Assembly: GCF_009914755.1 (NCBI RefSeq) | Contig: NC_060929.1 | Source: the human T2T-CHM13v2.0 reference genome, Homo sapiens | Strand: one strand, 5' to 3' | DNA: 64,000 bases | Shown here: piece by piece, positions 62,789 through 64,000 of the stretch | Numbering within the stretch: the stretch's first letter is position 1 | Layout of the letters: every line of letters begins with the position of its first letter | The notes under the pieces: model-generated | Seen by the model: the letters and a program-made list of their open reading frames with translations, nothing else | Database searches by the model: none | What the model was told of the DNA's origin: nothing | Made by a program: the position numbers and the translations under genes

Positions 62789-63649
62789 CTGTTCCAAAAA
62801 AAAAAAAAAGAAGTTAAGAAAACAAAGTTGTAACACACTTCTGCCCTTCCATGACAATCTGTGGGATTCACAGTAGAGTCCTGGAGCAGGCCAGGGGGAC
62901 CATGGAGGGAAAGGGAGTGAAACAAAGACAGAGACATCATGGCTGGAGGGAAATTTGCCTTTTAATTCAGCAGTGATGGCATCACCCACTATGATCCTCT
63001 GTCCTGAACATCAACACAGATGAAAATGGGGCAGACAGATCTGAGTTTGTATTTTTTCCATGCTCCATGAGATTAATAATAGCACTGCAGAAAAGCCTCA
63101 CTGGGACCTGCCTCCATAATTGAGCTTATTTCCCCTCAGAGTGCAAGCTGGTAGAGTTGCAGACAGTGCACCCTGAAGCTCAGCCAAACAAAAATGGGTC
63201 AGAACTGCTGTGTGTCTGAGAGGTCTCTGGGGGTTCTTATAGGAAGTCAACATTAGAAGGTCAGTAGATGGGATCATCCTTTCTTGCCCAAAGTCAAGCC
63301 TACTATTGTGAGTCTCTGGTTCATGAGGAGGCCCAACTAAGCATTCATCCAGGTATAGTGGCAACAAGGTGACCCTACTACCCCTAGGAACAGTCCACAG
63401 AGCCAGGCCTATGGAACTGTTCAAGACAGAGGGAAATTTGGTGACAACTAGAATAAGATAAAACCCACAGGCCTAAGATCCACAAAAGGGAAATACCAGG
63501 GACAATTCCTACCCTGACATTTTTCCAGGCCATCATCCTGCTATTAGAGAATTATATTCACTGAAATGTCATCTACTTCAGAAAGAAGGAGCCTAGGTTC
63601 AAATCCTGGCTTTGCCATTTATGATTATGTTTTTGGGCCAATGGCATCA

Positions 63650-63753
63650 TTGCTATGTTGCCCAGGCTGGTCGTGATCTCCTAGGCTCAAGTGATCCTCC
63701 TGCCTCGGCCTCCTGAATAGCTGGGACTATAGACACAAGCCACTGCACCTGAC
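63650..63753 (-). mobile_element. FLAM/Alu monomer fragment
   Basis: ttgctatgttgcccaggctgg...gctcaagtgatcctcctgcctcggcctcc...agccactgcacctg. Confidence 0.75.
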
Positions 63754-64000
63754 TTCATCAACTTCATAAAAATCAAACAAAGAATTTAAGATTTAAATCA
63801 TTTCTTGTGAAAATCATTTTTAACTTTTTATATTGAAATAATTTCAGACCCAAATAATTCTCATACAAATTTCTACCTTCATCCAGATTCCCTAAACGTT
63901 AACAGTTTACTCTCAAATATTGAGTTATAAACAATATTTTCCATCTTCCACTGGACAAAAAGGGCTCCCCACTTGCTCTACACCAGCCTATTGATATTAC

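Overview
Mammalian, human-like (Alu-rich primate) genomic DNA carrying the 3' half of KLHL3 (Kelch-like 3, the CUL3 substrate adaptor for WNK kinases) on the minus strand. Ten coding exons can be delimited by hand with GT..AG boundaries: 110, 117, 150, 118, 198, 102, 129, 141 and 144 nt, plus 29 coding nt in the last exon. They join in one frame to encode the BACK domain, six Kelch repeats and the stop codon. Exon numbers 6-15 and residue numbers follow my recollection of the reference transcript. The 3'UTR is about 4.6 kb and ends after an AATAAA at 2652-2657. The intronic microRNA MIR874 lies in the 18 kb intron 8 on the same strand. The rest is intronic and packed with Alu, L1, MIR, MLT1/LTR and MER DNA-transposon relics; subfamily calls are by eye and tentative. 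I see no evidence for a new protein-coding system. The most interesting observations are a non-consensus GAG 3' splice site closing the miR-874 intron at the BACK/Kelch boundary, an old twin-primed (5'-inverted) L1 with a recoverable TSD, inverted Alu pairs around two in-frame exons, and Kelch-register intron positions.
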